Assembly: GCA_015486075.1 (NCBI GenBank)
Contig: WFSG01000012.1
Location: 21,096-85,095 of the forward strand
Source of the DNA: Deltaproteobacteria bacterium
GTDB taxonomy: Bacteria; Desulfobacterota; Desulfomonilia; UBA1062
Direction of reading: 5' to 3'
DNA: 64,000 nucleotides
How positions within the stretch are numbered: the stretch's first letter is position 1; every line of letters starts with the position of its first letter. Below the pieces are notes generated by a model. That model made no database searches and had not been told where the DNA came from. It saw nothing but the letters and a program-made list of their open reading frames with translations. This document shows, piece after piece, positions 1 to 10,222 of this stretch. The translations under genes were made by a program, and so were the position numbers.

Positions 1-308
1 AGCCCTATTCACTGAGATATATAGGTTCACTGGTTGCTGACTTCCACAGGAACCTGTTGTACGGAGGTATCTTTCTCTATCCCGAGGATACCAAGGATCC
101 AAAGAAACCAACAGGGAAACTAAGACTGCTTTACGAGGCAAATCCCCTTGCCTACGTCGTAGAACAGGCAGGGGGATATGCGAGTACGGGTTATGAGAGG
201 ATACTTGACATCAAGCCCAGGGACCTACACCAGAGAGTACCACTCATAATAGGTTCAAAACTGGACGTGCTCGAGTACGAAAAGTTTGCAAAAAGGAACA
301 ACATGTAA
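1..308 (+). CDS. fbp: fructose-1,6-bisphosphatase class 1, C-terminal portion (5' end cut by the window edge)
   Basis: The reading frame is open from position 3. The translation ...[20 protein letters not shown]...[20 protein letters not shown]... matches the conserved FBPase I C-terminus. Stop codon TAA at 306-308. Confidence 0.8.
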   Translation, partial: PYSLRYIGSLVADFHRNLLYGGIFLYPEDTKDPKKPTGKLRLLYEANPLAYVVEQAGGYASTGYERILDIKPRDLHQRVPLIIGSKLDVLEYEKFAKRNNM

Positions 309-342
309 TAAGGATATCCTAGCCCAGCGAGGAGGTGTTATT

Positions 343-1620
343 ATGGGAAATTATTACGCAGACTTCGAAAAGGCCCTTGGGATAGGAAGGCCACCGAATA
401 TAAAAAGGCTTTTCCCCAATTCCAGGGCACTGATAGTAAGTGGCAAGGTAATAGACAGGGCAATGACCAAGAAGGGTAAGGCCATGACAATAGCCGCAAA
501 CGGCAGGAACAGCATTGTCATACGAGGTGCATTGAGGGCTGCTCAGAGGGCAAGGGCAGCCATCATAGTAGAAATAGCAAGGTCTGAGAGCAACTATTGC
601 CTGGTCAACATGTGGAACATAGCCATGTATGTGAACTCGTTTATGAATGAACTGGGTATAACCGTTCCTGTTGCAGTACACGCAGACCACTTTGCAATAA
701 AGACAGAGGCAGATGTTGAACCCGCGAGGACAGTTATCCCATCGATATTCGATGCCGGGATTACATCCATTGCCATTGATGCCTCACACCTCACGGATGA
801 CAAGAATCTCCTTGCCAATATAACACTGTCCAGGTACATACCAAGGTGGGCCGGCTATGAGACCGAGGTGGGAGAGATAAAGGGTGCGGAGGGTCTTTCC
901 ACTGTGGAGGATGCACTGTTCCTTATACAGGGACTCAACGCCAACAGGATATACCCGGACTGGATTGCATTGAATAATGGTACCACGCACGGCATACAGG
1001 AAAGCGATGCAGGCATACAGGTGGAGCTTACAACAGAGATACACAAGGCACTTGAAAAGTACGGTATATCAGGGGCCCAGCATGGGACGTCTGGTAACAA
1101 CAAGGAAAGGCTAAAGAGGATTGCCAGTGAGACAAATACAACCAAGGCCAACGTTGCAACCGCCCTACAGATGCTATCCTGGGGTGTTAAGGTTAACGAG
1201 TACGGTAATGCCATTCTTAATGAGGATGGCTCGTTTGCAAAGGTACCTGGCCAGGGGATGAGTGACGAGCTCTGGTCAGAGATGGTGGATTATGCCAGCT
1301 CCAAGTCATTGAAGGGCGGTGATTACAAAAAACTTAACCTGCCGTTCGAACCCAGATTGCTTTCGCAACCGCAAGATATAAAGGAAAGGATGGAATACGC
1401 CGTAGAGGATTTTGTCTACGACCTGCTGGTGAACGTATTCAATGCATCAGACACTGCAGATCTTGCAGTAGAGACCATTCTAGAGGCAGGGTCCCATTAC
1501 CTTGGGCCCAAGGGACAACCGTTGGAAGACCCTGAAGAGTGGACTTACGAAAAGATACTGGAAAAAGGAGCCAAGGTGCAGGCTGGGGTTGCCACATCAG
1601 GTGGAAACTATGATGACTGA
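343..1620 (+). CDS. fba: class II fructose-bisphosphate aldolase, long form of about 425 aa
   Basis: ATG at 343 follows GGAGGTG at 331-337. The N-terminal TIM-barrel region (AMTIAANGRNSIVIRGALRAAQRARAAIIVEIARSE) and the metal-binding VAVHADHF motif are typical of class II aldolases. It lies next to fbp. Confidence 0.7.
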   Translation: MGNYYADFEKALGIGRPPNIKRLFPNSRALIVSGKVIDRAMTKKGKAMTIAANGRNSIVIRGALRAAQRARAAIIVEIARSESNYCLVNMWNIAMYVNSFMNELGITVPVAVHADHFAIKTEADVEPARTVIPSIFDAGITSIAIDASHLTDDKNLLANITLSRYIPRWAGYETEVGEIKGAEGLSTVEDALFLIQGLNANRIYPDWIALNNGTTHGIQESDAGIQVELTTEIHKALEKYGISGAQHGTSGNNKERLKRIASETNTTKANVATALQMLSWGVKVNEYGNAILNEDGSFAKVPGQGMSDELWSEMVDYASSKSLKGGDYKKLNLPFEPRLLSQPQDIKERMEYAVEDFVYDLLVNVFNASDTADLAVETILEAGSHYLGPKGQPLEDPEEWTYEKILEKGAKVQAGVATSGGNYDD

Positions 1621-1700
1621 ACCGCGCCAGGGATCTTGACGTTGGTCAAGTGCTGTGGCATTAGACATACACCAAAAACATCTGAACCAGGAAGGAAATC

Positions 1701-2995
<1,295 letters not shown>

Positions 2996-3008
2996 AACAA
3001 AAACAGGT

Positions 3009-3039
3009 ACAAGGCACAAGGTGTAAGGCATAAGGTGTC
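3009..3039 (+). repeat. four tandem heptad repeats (YA-AGG-YR) just 3' of the dnaJ stop
   Basis: acAAGGCAcAAGGTGtAAGGCAtAAGGTGt begins 14 nt after the TAG at 2993-2995. Each unit is Shine-Dalgarno-like (AAGGTG). Confidence 0.5.
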
Positions 3040-3064
3040 GGGTTTCAGATGCCGGGTAAATAAC

Positions 3065-3089
3065 CTGATAGCTAAAAGCTGATAGCTAA
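3065..3089 (+). repeat. 11-bp direct repeat, two copies with 14-bp period
   Basis: CTGATAGCTAA-aag-CTGATAGCTAA. Confidence 0.5.
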
Positions 3090-3207
3090 GTAAAAGTAAA
3101 AATATAATTCGAGCCGAGTTTTAGCCAAACCAGCAACGGTGATGGCTTTGCCCTTTGCCTTTATTACGGTGTTTTACCTTCAATGATTCACTTTCATAGG
3201 CTTTTAT

Positions 3208-4635
3208 ATGATAGATGGGATACGTGCAAGATACATGGATTATTATTGGGAACCTGTGACCCAAAGACGGATGAGGAGCGTGTACAGGCTTGTCAGGCAA
3301 GGTCACCACACGCTATACATTAAGGTCTATCATCCTAGGTCAGCCCTTCAGATGCTAAGAAACCTCTTGGCACCAAAGACGCTGAAAGAGGCACGTATGC
3401 TCTACGTGCTTGCCAGGCATGGTATGAAAGTACCATTGGTGACAAACCACTTAAAGATACACACTGTGTCCGCTCTTGTCACAAGGGGTATAGAAGGATC
3501 TATGCCACTGTGGAGGCTCGACGAGACCTCCAGGGTGAAGGTGATGCTGGACATGGCTTTGTCTCTACTGCAAAGGGGTTTCTATCACAGGGATTTCCAT
3601 GTAGGTAACATCATGATAGATGAGAAAGGTAATAGTTACCTCCTGGATGTATACGGTGTGTACAAGGCAAGGAAGGTTAAAGAGAGACACGTTGTGGGCA
3701 TGCTGTCCCAGATCCTTATGGCACATAGCCCGGCGGATGATGTGTTGACTGAGGATTACTTGAACGGACTTCCCTTTGTGAAACACGTACAGACCGTTGT
3801 AGAAAAGGCAAGACTTCGTGCCGAGGCCAAGAGGAAAAGCTGGGTCAGGGGTAATGTAAGGCGTTCGCTACGTAGCGGCAGTTTCTCGGATAAGGTAAGG
3901 ACAGGTGAGTATTTTGCCTTCGTAAGGAAGGGAATATCCCTTGACCTGGACAAGATTATGGCTTGCCACAGGGATAACATGTCAAGGGGTGTAGACATAC
4001 TCAAGCTACAGGAAAAGACTCAGTTGAGCAGGGTAAATGGCTATTGCGTAAAGACCTATGCCAGTCCAGGGCCAATAGCCAGACCATATGCCCTGAGGGC
4101 ATGGAAGGGACTGTTAACCCTTTATTTTAACGCCGTACCCGTCCCAGAGCCCGTGGCCGTTGTTGTGTTCAGGGATAGATCGAGCATGCTAATAACAGGG
4201 TTTCTTGATCTTGCGACACTGGACAAGATCCTTTATCATGATTACAGTGACATGGAAAATACCGACAAGGTGAGGATGTTGAAGTACCTCGGAAGACTGG
4301 TGGGACAGATGCACTACTTGGGAATTTACCATGCAGACCTTAAGGCGTGTAATTTCCTCGTGGATGCCGACCAAAGGATATTTATCGTGGATACGGACAG
4401 GGTAACCCAGTCGAGGGCTGTAACCAGAAGAAGGAGGATTAAGAACCTTGTGCAATTAAATACAAGCATACCTTTGGGCGTGCCAAGGAGCGCCAGGATG
4501 CGTTTTATATGGGCATATGCAGAGGTAATGCATGAACAGCCCAGGGAACTCTTCAATAAGGTATGGAAGCTATCCAGGCACAGGGATATAGTCTATACCA
4601 CTAGCCAGGGGGACAAGGTAGAGGCATGGGACTAA
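3208..4635 (+). CDS. fusion of two lipopolysaccharide-kinase (Kdo/WaaP/RIO-like) domains
   Basis: There are two catalytic-loop-like motifs, YHRDFHVGNIMID...LLDVYG near residue 125 and YHADLKACNFLVD...IVDTDRV near residue 390. Each follows an N-lobe-like segment. Confidence 0.6.
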   Translation: MIDGIRARYMDYYWEPVTQRRMRSVYRLVRQGHHTLYIKVYHPRSALQMLRNLLAPKTLKEARMLYVLARHGMKVPLVTNHLKIHTVSALVTRGIEGSMPLWRLDETSRVKVMLDMALSLLQRGFYHRDFHVGNIMIDEKGNSYLLDVYGVYKARKVKERHVVGMLSQILMAHSPADDVLTEDYLNGLPFVKHVQTVVEKARLRAEAKRKSWVRGNVRRSLRSGSFSDKVRTGEYFAFVRKGISLDLDKIMACHRDNMSRGVDILKLQEKTQLSRVNGYCVKTYASPGPIARPYALRAWKGLLTLYFNAVPVPEPVAVVVFRDRSSMLITGFLDLATLDKILYHDYSDMENTDKVRMLKYLGRLVGQMHYLGIYHADLKACNFLVDADQRIFIVDTDRVTQSRAVTRRRRIKNLVQLNTSIPLGVPRSARMRFIWAYAEVMHEQPRELFNKVWKLSRHRDIVYTTSQGDKVEAWD

Positions 4636-4976
4636 CCCTTGTAGTCCTTTATCACGCTGGAGGGATCTGTGCGAACCTTTTCCAACTTTGCCTTGAAATC
4701 ATCGGGGGGCTTCACACCTGCCTTTTTCAGCATGTACTCTGCATGAAGACCTATGTTCCTGGTGTCCCTGTAGAAACTATCGTCATGCCTGGCGAGGGGG
4801 TTATAGGACTCTAGTCTCTCTTCTTGGGATGATATGGAATTTACCCTGGATATCATCCTCTTAAGCCTGCTAGAGCCGCATACCCTGCAGGTGAGGCCTT
4901 CCGGGTCCTTGAAACCCTGTACGAACTCAGTTGTAATGCTTCCGCAATCAGAACACCTGTACTCGTATATAGGCAT
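4632..4976 (-). CDS. FmdB-family zinc-ribbon protein
   Basis: MPIYEYRCSDCG...TCRVCGS is the FmdB CxxC...CxxC zinc ribbon. The internal ATG at 4976 is chosen because the upstream ORF part overlaps the MBL gene. Confidence 0.55.
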   Translation of the reverse strand: MPIYEYRCSDCGSITTEFVQGFKDPEGLTCRVCGSSRLKRMISRVNSISSQEERLESYNPLARHDDSFYRDTRNIGLHAEYMLKKAGVKPPDDFKAKLEKVRTDPSSVIKDYKG

Positions 4977-5007
4977 GTCTATCCTATACCAACATGGCAT
5001 CATATTT

Positions 5008-5904
5008 TCAAGGTGTAACCTTTTCACGTTTATATTCAATTGGTGATTTTTGCTTGTAGAGTTCCTTTCTCAATGCCTCCAGTTGATCGTCTTTTTTGCC
5101 GAGGTAGCCGGCCGCTGTTATCACCCTTACGCCCCTTTTCTTGCCCCACTCGATTACCTCTGCTAGCCTCTGCTTCCACCTCAAGTCCCTGAGCAGGTGG
5201 TGATCAACAACCAAGGTCTCAATGGGACACTCCTCAATAAGCTTAACCATGTTTTTCTTTGATGCCTGTAAGTGCTGCTTGCTGTACTTGAATCCCAGCA
5301 TGGATGTCATTGGCCCGTCCAGTATAACCAGGTTTGGCCTGTTACTTAGTATGAAATCCGCTTGGCCATCCATGGCTGGGCCCTCCACGTCTGATGTATG
5401 TATGAACCTATAGCCATCGTCGATGAGCACCTCTATTACGAAACCTAGCTTCTCATCTGTCCCATGGAATACAGGCCTGGATATTACTATCCTTGTGCCT
5501 GAAAAACTGAATTCCTTGCCATCAGCATGTATTATTTCTGCGGGAAGTCCATCTATGCTGGATAAAAATTCTTTGGCCCTTCTTGCCTGGTTCTTGTTTA
5601 TGTAGGATGTGGGGTTCTTGATGAGTAGGATTTTATTCCTGTATATTTCGAAGCCCTCTGAGGGATTATAATGGTCATGGTGATAATGTGTGAGTATCAC
5701 CACATCGCAGGATCTGGCCCTTTGCTGAATTTCCTTCCAGTGTATGGCCATCCTTTTCTTCTCCAAGGGGTGTGGTTCCAGTCCATACCTCTTAGGCGCA
5801 ATGGATACACCGGGATCAATAATAATCCTGACATCTGAGGTCTCTACAAGGGTACACATGGACCTCGTCCCAAGGGAATCAAATGCAATGGGTGTTACCT
5901 TCAT
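5008..5904 (-). CDS. MBL-fold metallo-hydrolase
   Basis: HxHxDH motif (ILTHYHHDHYNP) with downstream His/Asp ligands. There is a 4-bp overlap with the upstream gene. Confidence 0.75.
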   Translation of the reverse strand: MKVTPIAFDSLGTRSMCTLVETSDVRIIIDPGVSIAPKRYGLEPHPLEKKRMAIHWKEIQQRARSCDVVILTHYHHDHYNPSEGFEIYRNKILLIKNPTSYINKNQARRAKEFLSSIDGLPAEIIHADGKEFSFSGTRIVISRPVFHGTDEKLGFVIEVLIDDGYRFIHTSDVEGPAMDGQADFILSNRPNLVILDGPMTSMLGFKYSKQHLQASKKNMVKLIEECPIETLVVDHHLLRDLRWKQRLAEVIEWGKKRGVRVITAAGYLGKKDDQLEALRKELYKQKSPIEYKREKVTP

Positions 5905-8567
5905 GATTTGCTTAAAATTCTCACTATGCCTTTGTTGCCGTCCACTTGTATTATTTGGCCAGTCTTTATTATCCTTGTTGCAGAACCCACGTTAACCACG
6001 GCAGGAATACCGTACTCCCTGGCAACAATACTGCCGTGGCTCAATATCCCGCCTTGGTCCATCACGATACCAGATGCAGGCATGAAGTAGGGAGTCCATC
6101 CCGGGTCCGTAAAAGGTGCCACCAGTATCTCCCCGGGTAGTACCTGATCACCGGGTTTCAGGTCAAGTATCACGCGGGCAGGTCCCATTGCCACGCCGGG
6201 ACTCACAGCAAGGCCCTGCAACTTATCATCTTGCTCCACCCCGCTGTCCGGTATAAAGTTGTCCGGGTTGAACCTACCCACTATCACCTTTGGTGGAACA
6301 ACTTTCAGGTTTCTCTGGTATTCGGACTTTCTTGATTCAATTACGGCTTTCACGTCGAAACCTGGCTTTTCCTTATTAATCTTAGGTACCTCCTCTATGG
6401 TTAAAAAGAATATGTCATCTGCATGGTCTAGTATATTCCGTTTTTCGAACCTTCTCCCCATCTCGATGAGGAGGAAGCGCATCATGGTGAAATGCCTCAT
6501 GGCAGCGCTTTTGAAGTTCTCTCTCATCTTGCTCCAGCCCTGTGTCTGTCCCAGGAATAGATTGAATAGGGAGCGCTTTAGTGGATTTCTCAGTGTTGCC
6601 CTGCATTTCTCGGCCAGTTCATTGCTCTCCTTTGCCCTTTGGACATGGCTCTTCACGGGATCAACCTTTCCCATGTCATTAAGGTAAGATCTAACCATGC
6701 CAAGGATGTAGTCTGGCCTTTCCGACCACCTTGGGTTTGAGAGCTCGTACTCTCCCCTTGTATGATGGCCGTGTTCCTTGACAAATGCCTTCCATTGAAC
6801 CATGAATTCAGGACCACCATGAATGCCAGTTAGCATTTCCCTAGTTTTATTCCAGGTCTCACTTTTTCTTATTATTTCTTCCACTTTCGGGTACTTGTGA
6901 GCGGTCCTAGCTAGGCGCCACAAATCAAGGCCTGCTTCAGCGCTGTCTATGCCACCTATGCCTGCAAGTAGCCTGTTTACGCATGTACCATCGGTATCCT
7001 TGATCCACCTTTTGCATATGGCATCCAGAATGAAGTAGGAAAGCATGCCAAAGCCAGCTAGACCTGCTGCACCGATGAAATCGAGCAGATCGTCCATTGC
7101 CTTTTCGATGGCTTCACTTATATCGTTGTCCGTAAAACTTGATAGATCCGCAGAAAGTATCCTGCTAGCCCTTGTTCTTATCTCTGAGATGAAGACATCA
7201 CCTTTTCCATGCGAGTGGGATATGAACCTGTGTATAAACCCTGGCACTTTCATCAACATCCTTGGAAGGCTAAATTTGAGGTCCGGTATATCCTCTTGCC
7301 TTATTGTAAACTGGCTTGAAGCAACTACCTTGTCCTGTTCACCTCCAAAGAGCTGCGTTACGTCCACCTTTCTCAATGGTGGAAAGTTTTTGAGCATGGC
7401 CATTATGGTGTTCAGGTTGAAGTACACACGCCCGGCAATCTGGGTCATGAGCGGGTGTTTACCGAAGTCAAGGCCGACTCCCCCAACCAGGGGGTCGAAC
7501 AGGGCCAAGGCACCTGGCTCAACCACGGACCAGGTCATGGGTGTTATTACGTCCGGAAATATCTCACCACTGTTCAGGTTTGTCCATACCTGCCTTTCCT
7601 CCCAAGGTCTTTCTGTTGGGATAGTGGTGATGGGCCTTGACTGGAGCAAGAATATCTCGTCGCCTCTTATGGCCCACTCTATGTCCTGCGGTGTGCCGCT
7701 AGCCTGCTCGACTTTCATGACCATCTTGGCAATATCCTTTGCCTGGACCTCATCTATGCTTGCTTTCTTCCTCGTGTCAGGGTCCAGGTTCTCAAAGTAC
7801 AATCCCTTCTCTCCGGGTACGCTCTTTATCTTTTTGTCGGACGTGGTGGTTGATACAATGGTGAAGTCTTTCTTGGATATGGTAATCCTGTCAGGTGTGA
7901 CCCTGCCGGACACAAGCGATTCACCCATGCCGAAACATGACTCTATGATTATGACGTCGGTATTCCCACTTACAGGATCTGCCGTAAACGCCACACCGGA
8001 TGCATCTGCTTCCACCAGTTCCTGGACTATGACTGCCATGTCAGCCCCCTGATGTTCAAACCCCCTTTGAGCCCTGTATTCAAATCCACGCTCTGTCCAG
8101 AGAGATGCCCAACACTTCCTGATGGCTTCCACGCAGGCATTAAGGTCTCCTATGCCAAGGTAGGTCTCGTATTGACCTGCAAACGAGTGTCCTGGTAAAT
8201 CCTCGGCAGTTGCTGATGACCTTACTGCAACACTTTGTGGGGAGAGCTCGAGATAATGTTTCTCTATGTCCTTGTATAGAGACTTCTGGATGGACGAACC
8301 TATTATTTTTTGCCTAATGAGGGCAAGTGTATCACGCTTGATCTCTATTGGTTGGCTGTTAATACCTTCTAGGTACTTGGCAATTAGGGCCTTCATATCG
8401 CCCGTGTTCATGAATTCCCTGTAGGCTTGACCGGTTATGCAGAAACCCCTAGGTACATTAATTCCTTTGATACGCATCAGGCGTGCAAGGCTCATGGCCT
8501 TTGTCCCTACAAGAGATTCGTCACCATCAAGTATCTCAGAAAGAAAGACGACCTTGCCACTTATCAT
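5901..8567 (-). CDS. PEP-utilizing enzyme, phosphoenolpyruvate synthase-like / rifampicin-phosphotransferase-like architecture
   Basis: N-terminal pyruvate-phosphate-dikinase-type ATP-binding region (SLVGTKAMSLARL...VAVRSSATAEDLP...SFAGQ). C-terminal swivel phosphohistidine domain (GGILSHGSIVAREYGIPAVVNV). 888 aa. Confidence 0.75.
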   Translation of the reverse strand: MISGKVVFLSEILDGDESLVGTKAMSLARLMRIKGINVPRGFCITGQAYREFMNTGDMKALIAKYLEGINSQPIEIKRDTLALIRQKIIGSSIQKSLYKDIEKHYLELSPQSVAVRSSATAEDLPGHSFAGQYETYLGIGDLNACVEAIRKCWASLWTERGFEYRAQRGFEHQGADMAVIVQELVEADASGVAFTADPVSGNTDVIIIESCFGMGESLVSGRVTPDRITISKKDFTIVSTTTSDKKIKSVPGEKGLYFENLDPDTRKKASIDEVQAKDIAKMVMKVEQASGTPQDIEWAIRGDEIFLLQSRPITTIPTERPWEERQVWTNLNSGEIFPDVITPMTWSVVEPGALALFDPLVGGVGLDFGKHPLMTQIAGRVYFNLNTIMAMLKNFPPLRKVDVTQLFGGEQDKVVASSQFTIRQEDIPDLKFSLPRMLMKVPGFIHRFISHSHGKGDVFISEIRTRASRILSADLSSFTDNDISEAIEKAMDDLLDFIGAAGLAGFGMLSYFILDAICKRWIKDTDGTCVNRLLAGIGGIDSAEAGLDLWRLARTAHKYPKVEEIIRKSETWNKTREMLTGIHGGPEFMVQWKAFVKEHGHHTRGEYELSNPRWSERPDYILGMVRSYLNDMGKVDPVKSHVQRAKESNELAEKCRATLRNPLKRSLFNLFLGQTQGWSKMRENFKSAAMRHFTMMRFLLIEMGRRFEKRNILDHADDIFFLTIEEVPKINKEKPGFDVKAVIESRKSEYQRNLKVVPPKVIVGRFNPDNFIPDSGVEQDDKLQGLAVSPGVAMGPARVILDLKPGDQVLPGEILVAPFTDPGWTPYFMPASGIVMDQGGILSHGSIVAREYGIPAVVNVGSATRIIKTGQIIQVDGNKGIVRILSKS

Positions 8568-8889
8568 CTGGAGCTCCTTGAAATCTGGAATAGTCGGTTA
8601 GGGGCCCATGTAAGCCCGTAACCTACCCAATTTCTATTATACGGATAATATAAGAAGAGATATTAGCAGGACAAGTATAAAGCCTGTTCTTCTATCCCCA
8701 TGGCCTCGGGTGTAGGAGACCGCATTAAGGCTAAGGAGCCCTTGAGACGAGGCGTTTCGGCTTTTACTAATTTTGGCCTGTAGGTCTTCTCGTGGTAATT
8801 TAGTTATCAATAATGTTCAAAAATATGTTATAATGTTCCGATATATAATGAACTTGGGTACATAATAAAATACTCCAGGGGGCAAATGC

Positions 8890-10044
8890 ATGGATAAAGG
8901 CATTATTGATACCAGGATAAAGCAGAGGCTCGATCTCGATAAGCAGAAAATAGCAGAGCTTTCGGAACAGCTCAATAAGCCCATTACCTTTATTGAAAAG
9001 ATGGTTGTTGATGGATGTTACTCGCTGTTTTTCGACGTGTTTGGCAAGTGGACCCGTACGGAGGTAGATAAAGAGGCCGCAATGTTGGCCAATGAGAGGT
9101 ATGGAGACTATTTTCCAGAAACTCTAAAGGATTCCCTGGATGATTTTCTCGGCGATCCCAAGGGCTACGTGGAAAAGGTAGAAGAGTATGAAAGAATCTG
9201 TCCTCCCGTAGAGGTAGAATTCAGGACTTGGCCTGAGCCTTTCAAGCTCATAACTCGTGATCCCTCAAGACGCATGCAAGAGATTCTGGCTGAGATGGCA
9301 GTTCTATCCAACTACTTAGCTGAACGTGGTAGAAAGTCATATTATGCACTTGATATAGGTACAGGTTATGGCAGGCTTGCAAGGGCAATAGAGGCCGTGC
9401 TGAGATACCTCGATTATGAAGACAAAGATTATAGAGTGTTTGGTACTGACCTCTCCGTATCTAATATAGAAGATGCGAAGAATTTGAGCAGAAGGATTTC
9501 ATCAGACATAGTCTTTCTCCAGAGCGACATGAACAAGCTTCCTTTCCCATCACATACCTTTGACCTAGTTAACACAGCAGATGCAGGTTACCTTAACCTC
9601 AGGCATAGAAGGCCTTTCTACATAGCAGAGATCGCCAGGGTTATAAGTACAAATAATGGCAGGGGATGCATATCTAACCCTAACGAGTACACCACACTAA
9701 AGGAATACCTGTATGTGATGATGAGGACCAACAGCAGCACGTACATGAATCCTATGAACATAGTAAAGATCTTGGTGCTCGGCCCGTGTGTCATACATCT
9801 GGATGACCTTGTAAAACAGAGGGTTGACTGGAAGCTGACCACTACCCAGGATATGGTAGACACCCTGAAGGACACATTAAAGGCAGAGATGATAAGTGTA
9901 AACAACTGGCCTGAAAAGGGTGGGCCTTCCATATACAGTGGCTATACCTTTGGTATTGGTAAAAAGACGAAAAGTGTACTCAAGAAATACATAGAGTACA
10001 GGGAGGCCGAGGAAGACGCAAAGGATTGGGTCAAGGTGGACTAG
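8890..10044 (+). CDS. class I SAM-dependent methyltransferase with unknown N- and C-terminal regions
   Basis: Motif I ALDIGTGYGRLA, motif II-like VFGTDLS, motif III DMNKLPFPSHTFDLV. The flanking regions of about 150 aa each are uncharacterised. Confidence 0.65.
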   Translation: MDKGIIDTRIKQRLDLDKQKIAELSEQLNKPITFIEKMVVDGCYSLFFDVFGKWTRTEVDKEAAMLANERYGDYFPETLKDSLDDFLGDPKGYVEKVEEYERICPPVEVEFRTWPEPFKLITRDPSRRMQEILAEMAVLSNYLAERGRKSYYALDIGTGYGRLARAIEAVLRYLDYEDKDYRVFGTDLSVSNIEDAKNLSRRISSDIVFLQSDMNKLPFPSHTFDLVNTADAGYLNLRHRRPFYIAEIARVISTNNGRGCISNPNEYTTLKEYLYVMMRTNSSTYMNPMNIVKILVLGPCVIHLDDLVKQRVDWKLTTTQDMVDTLKDTLKAEMISVNNWPEKGGPSIYSGYTFGIGKKTKSVLKKYIEYREAEEDAKDWVKVD

Positions 10045-10222
10045 TCTACGGGATCAGGCCAGGGTCCCCTCGGATACGATCTTCTATAGAGTCTTAAAAA
10101 AGCAAGGTCGTTGTTTTCTAACAATACACTTGGCACTTTGAGAATTCCCTATTATTATATTGTTATGGATATTCTTTTACTATTGCAACTGAATGAATTG
10201 AAGATATAAAATAGGAGGTTCC

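Noticed and set aside
7045-8052. 335-aa plus-strand ORF antisense to the PEP-utilizing enzyme gene. Other long antisense ORFs include 55409-55999, 57617-58093, 59421-59915 and 62347-62901.
   Set aside because: They lie entirely inside strongly supported genes on the opposite strand, have low-complexity Ser/Pro/Ala-rich translations and no RBS. These are shadow ORFs.
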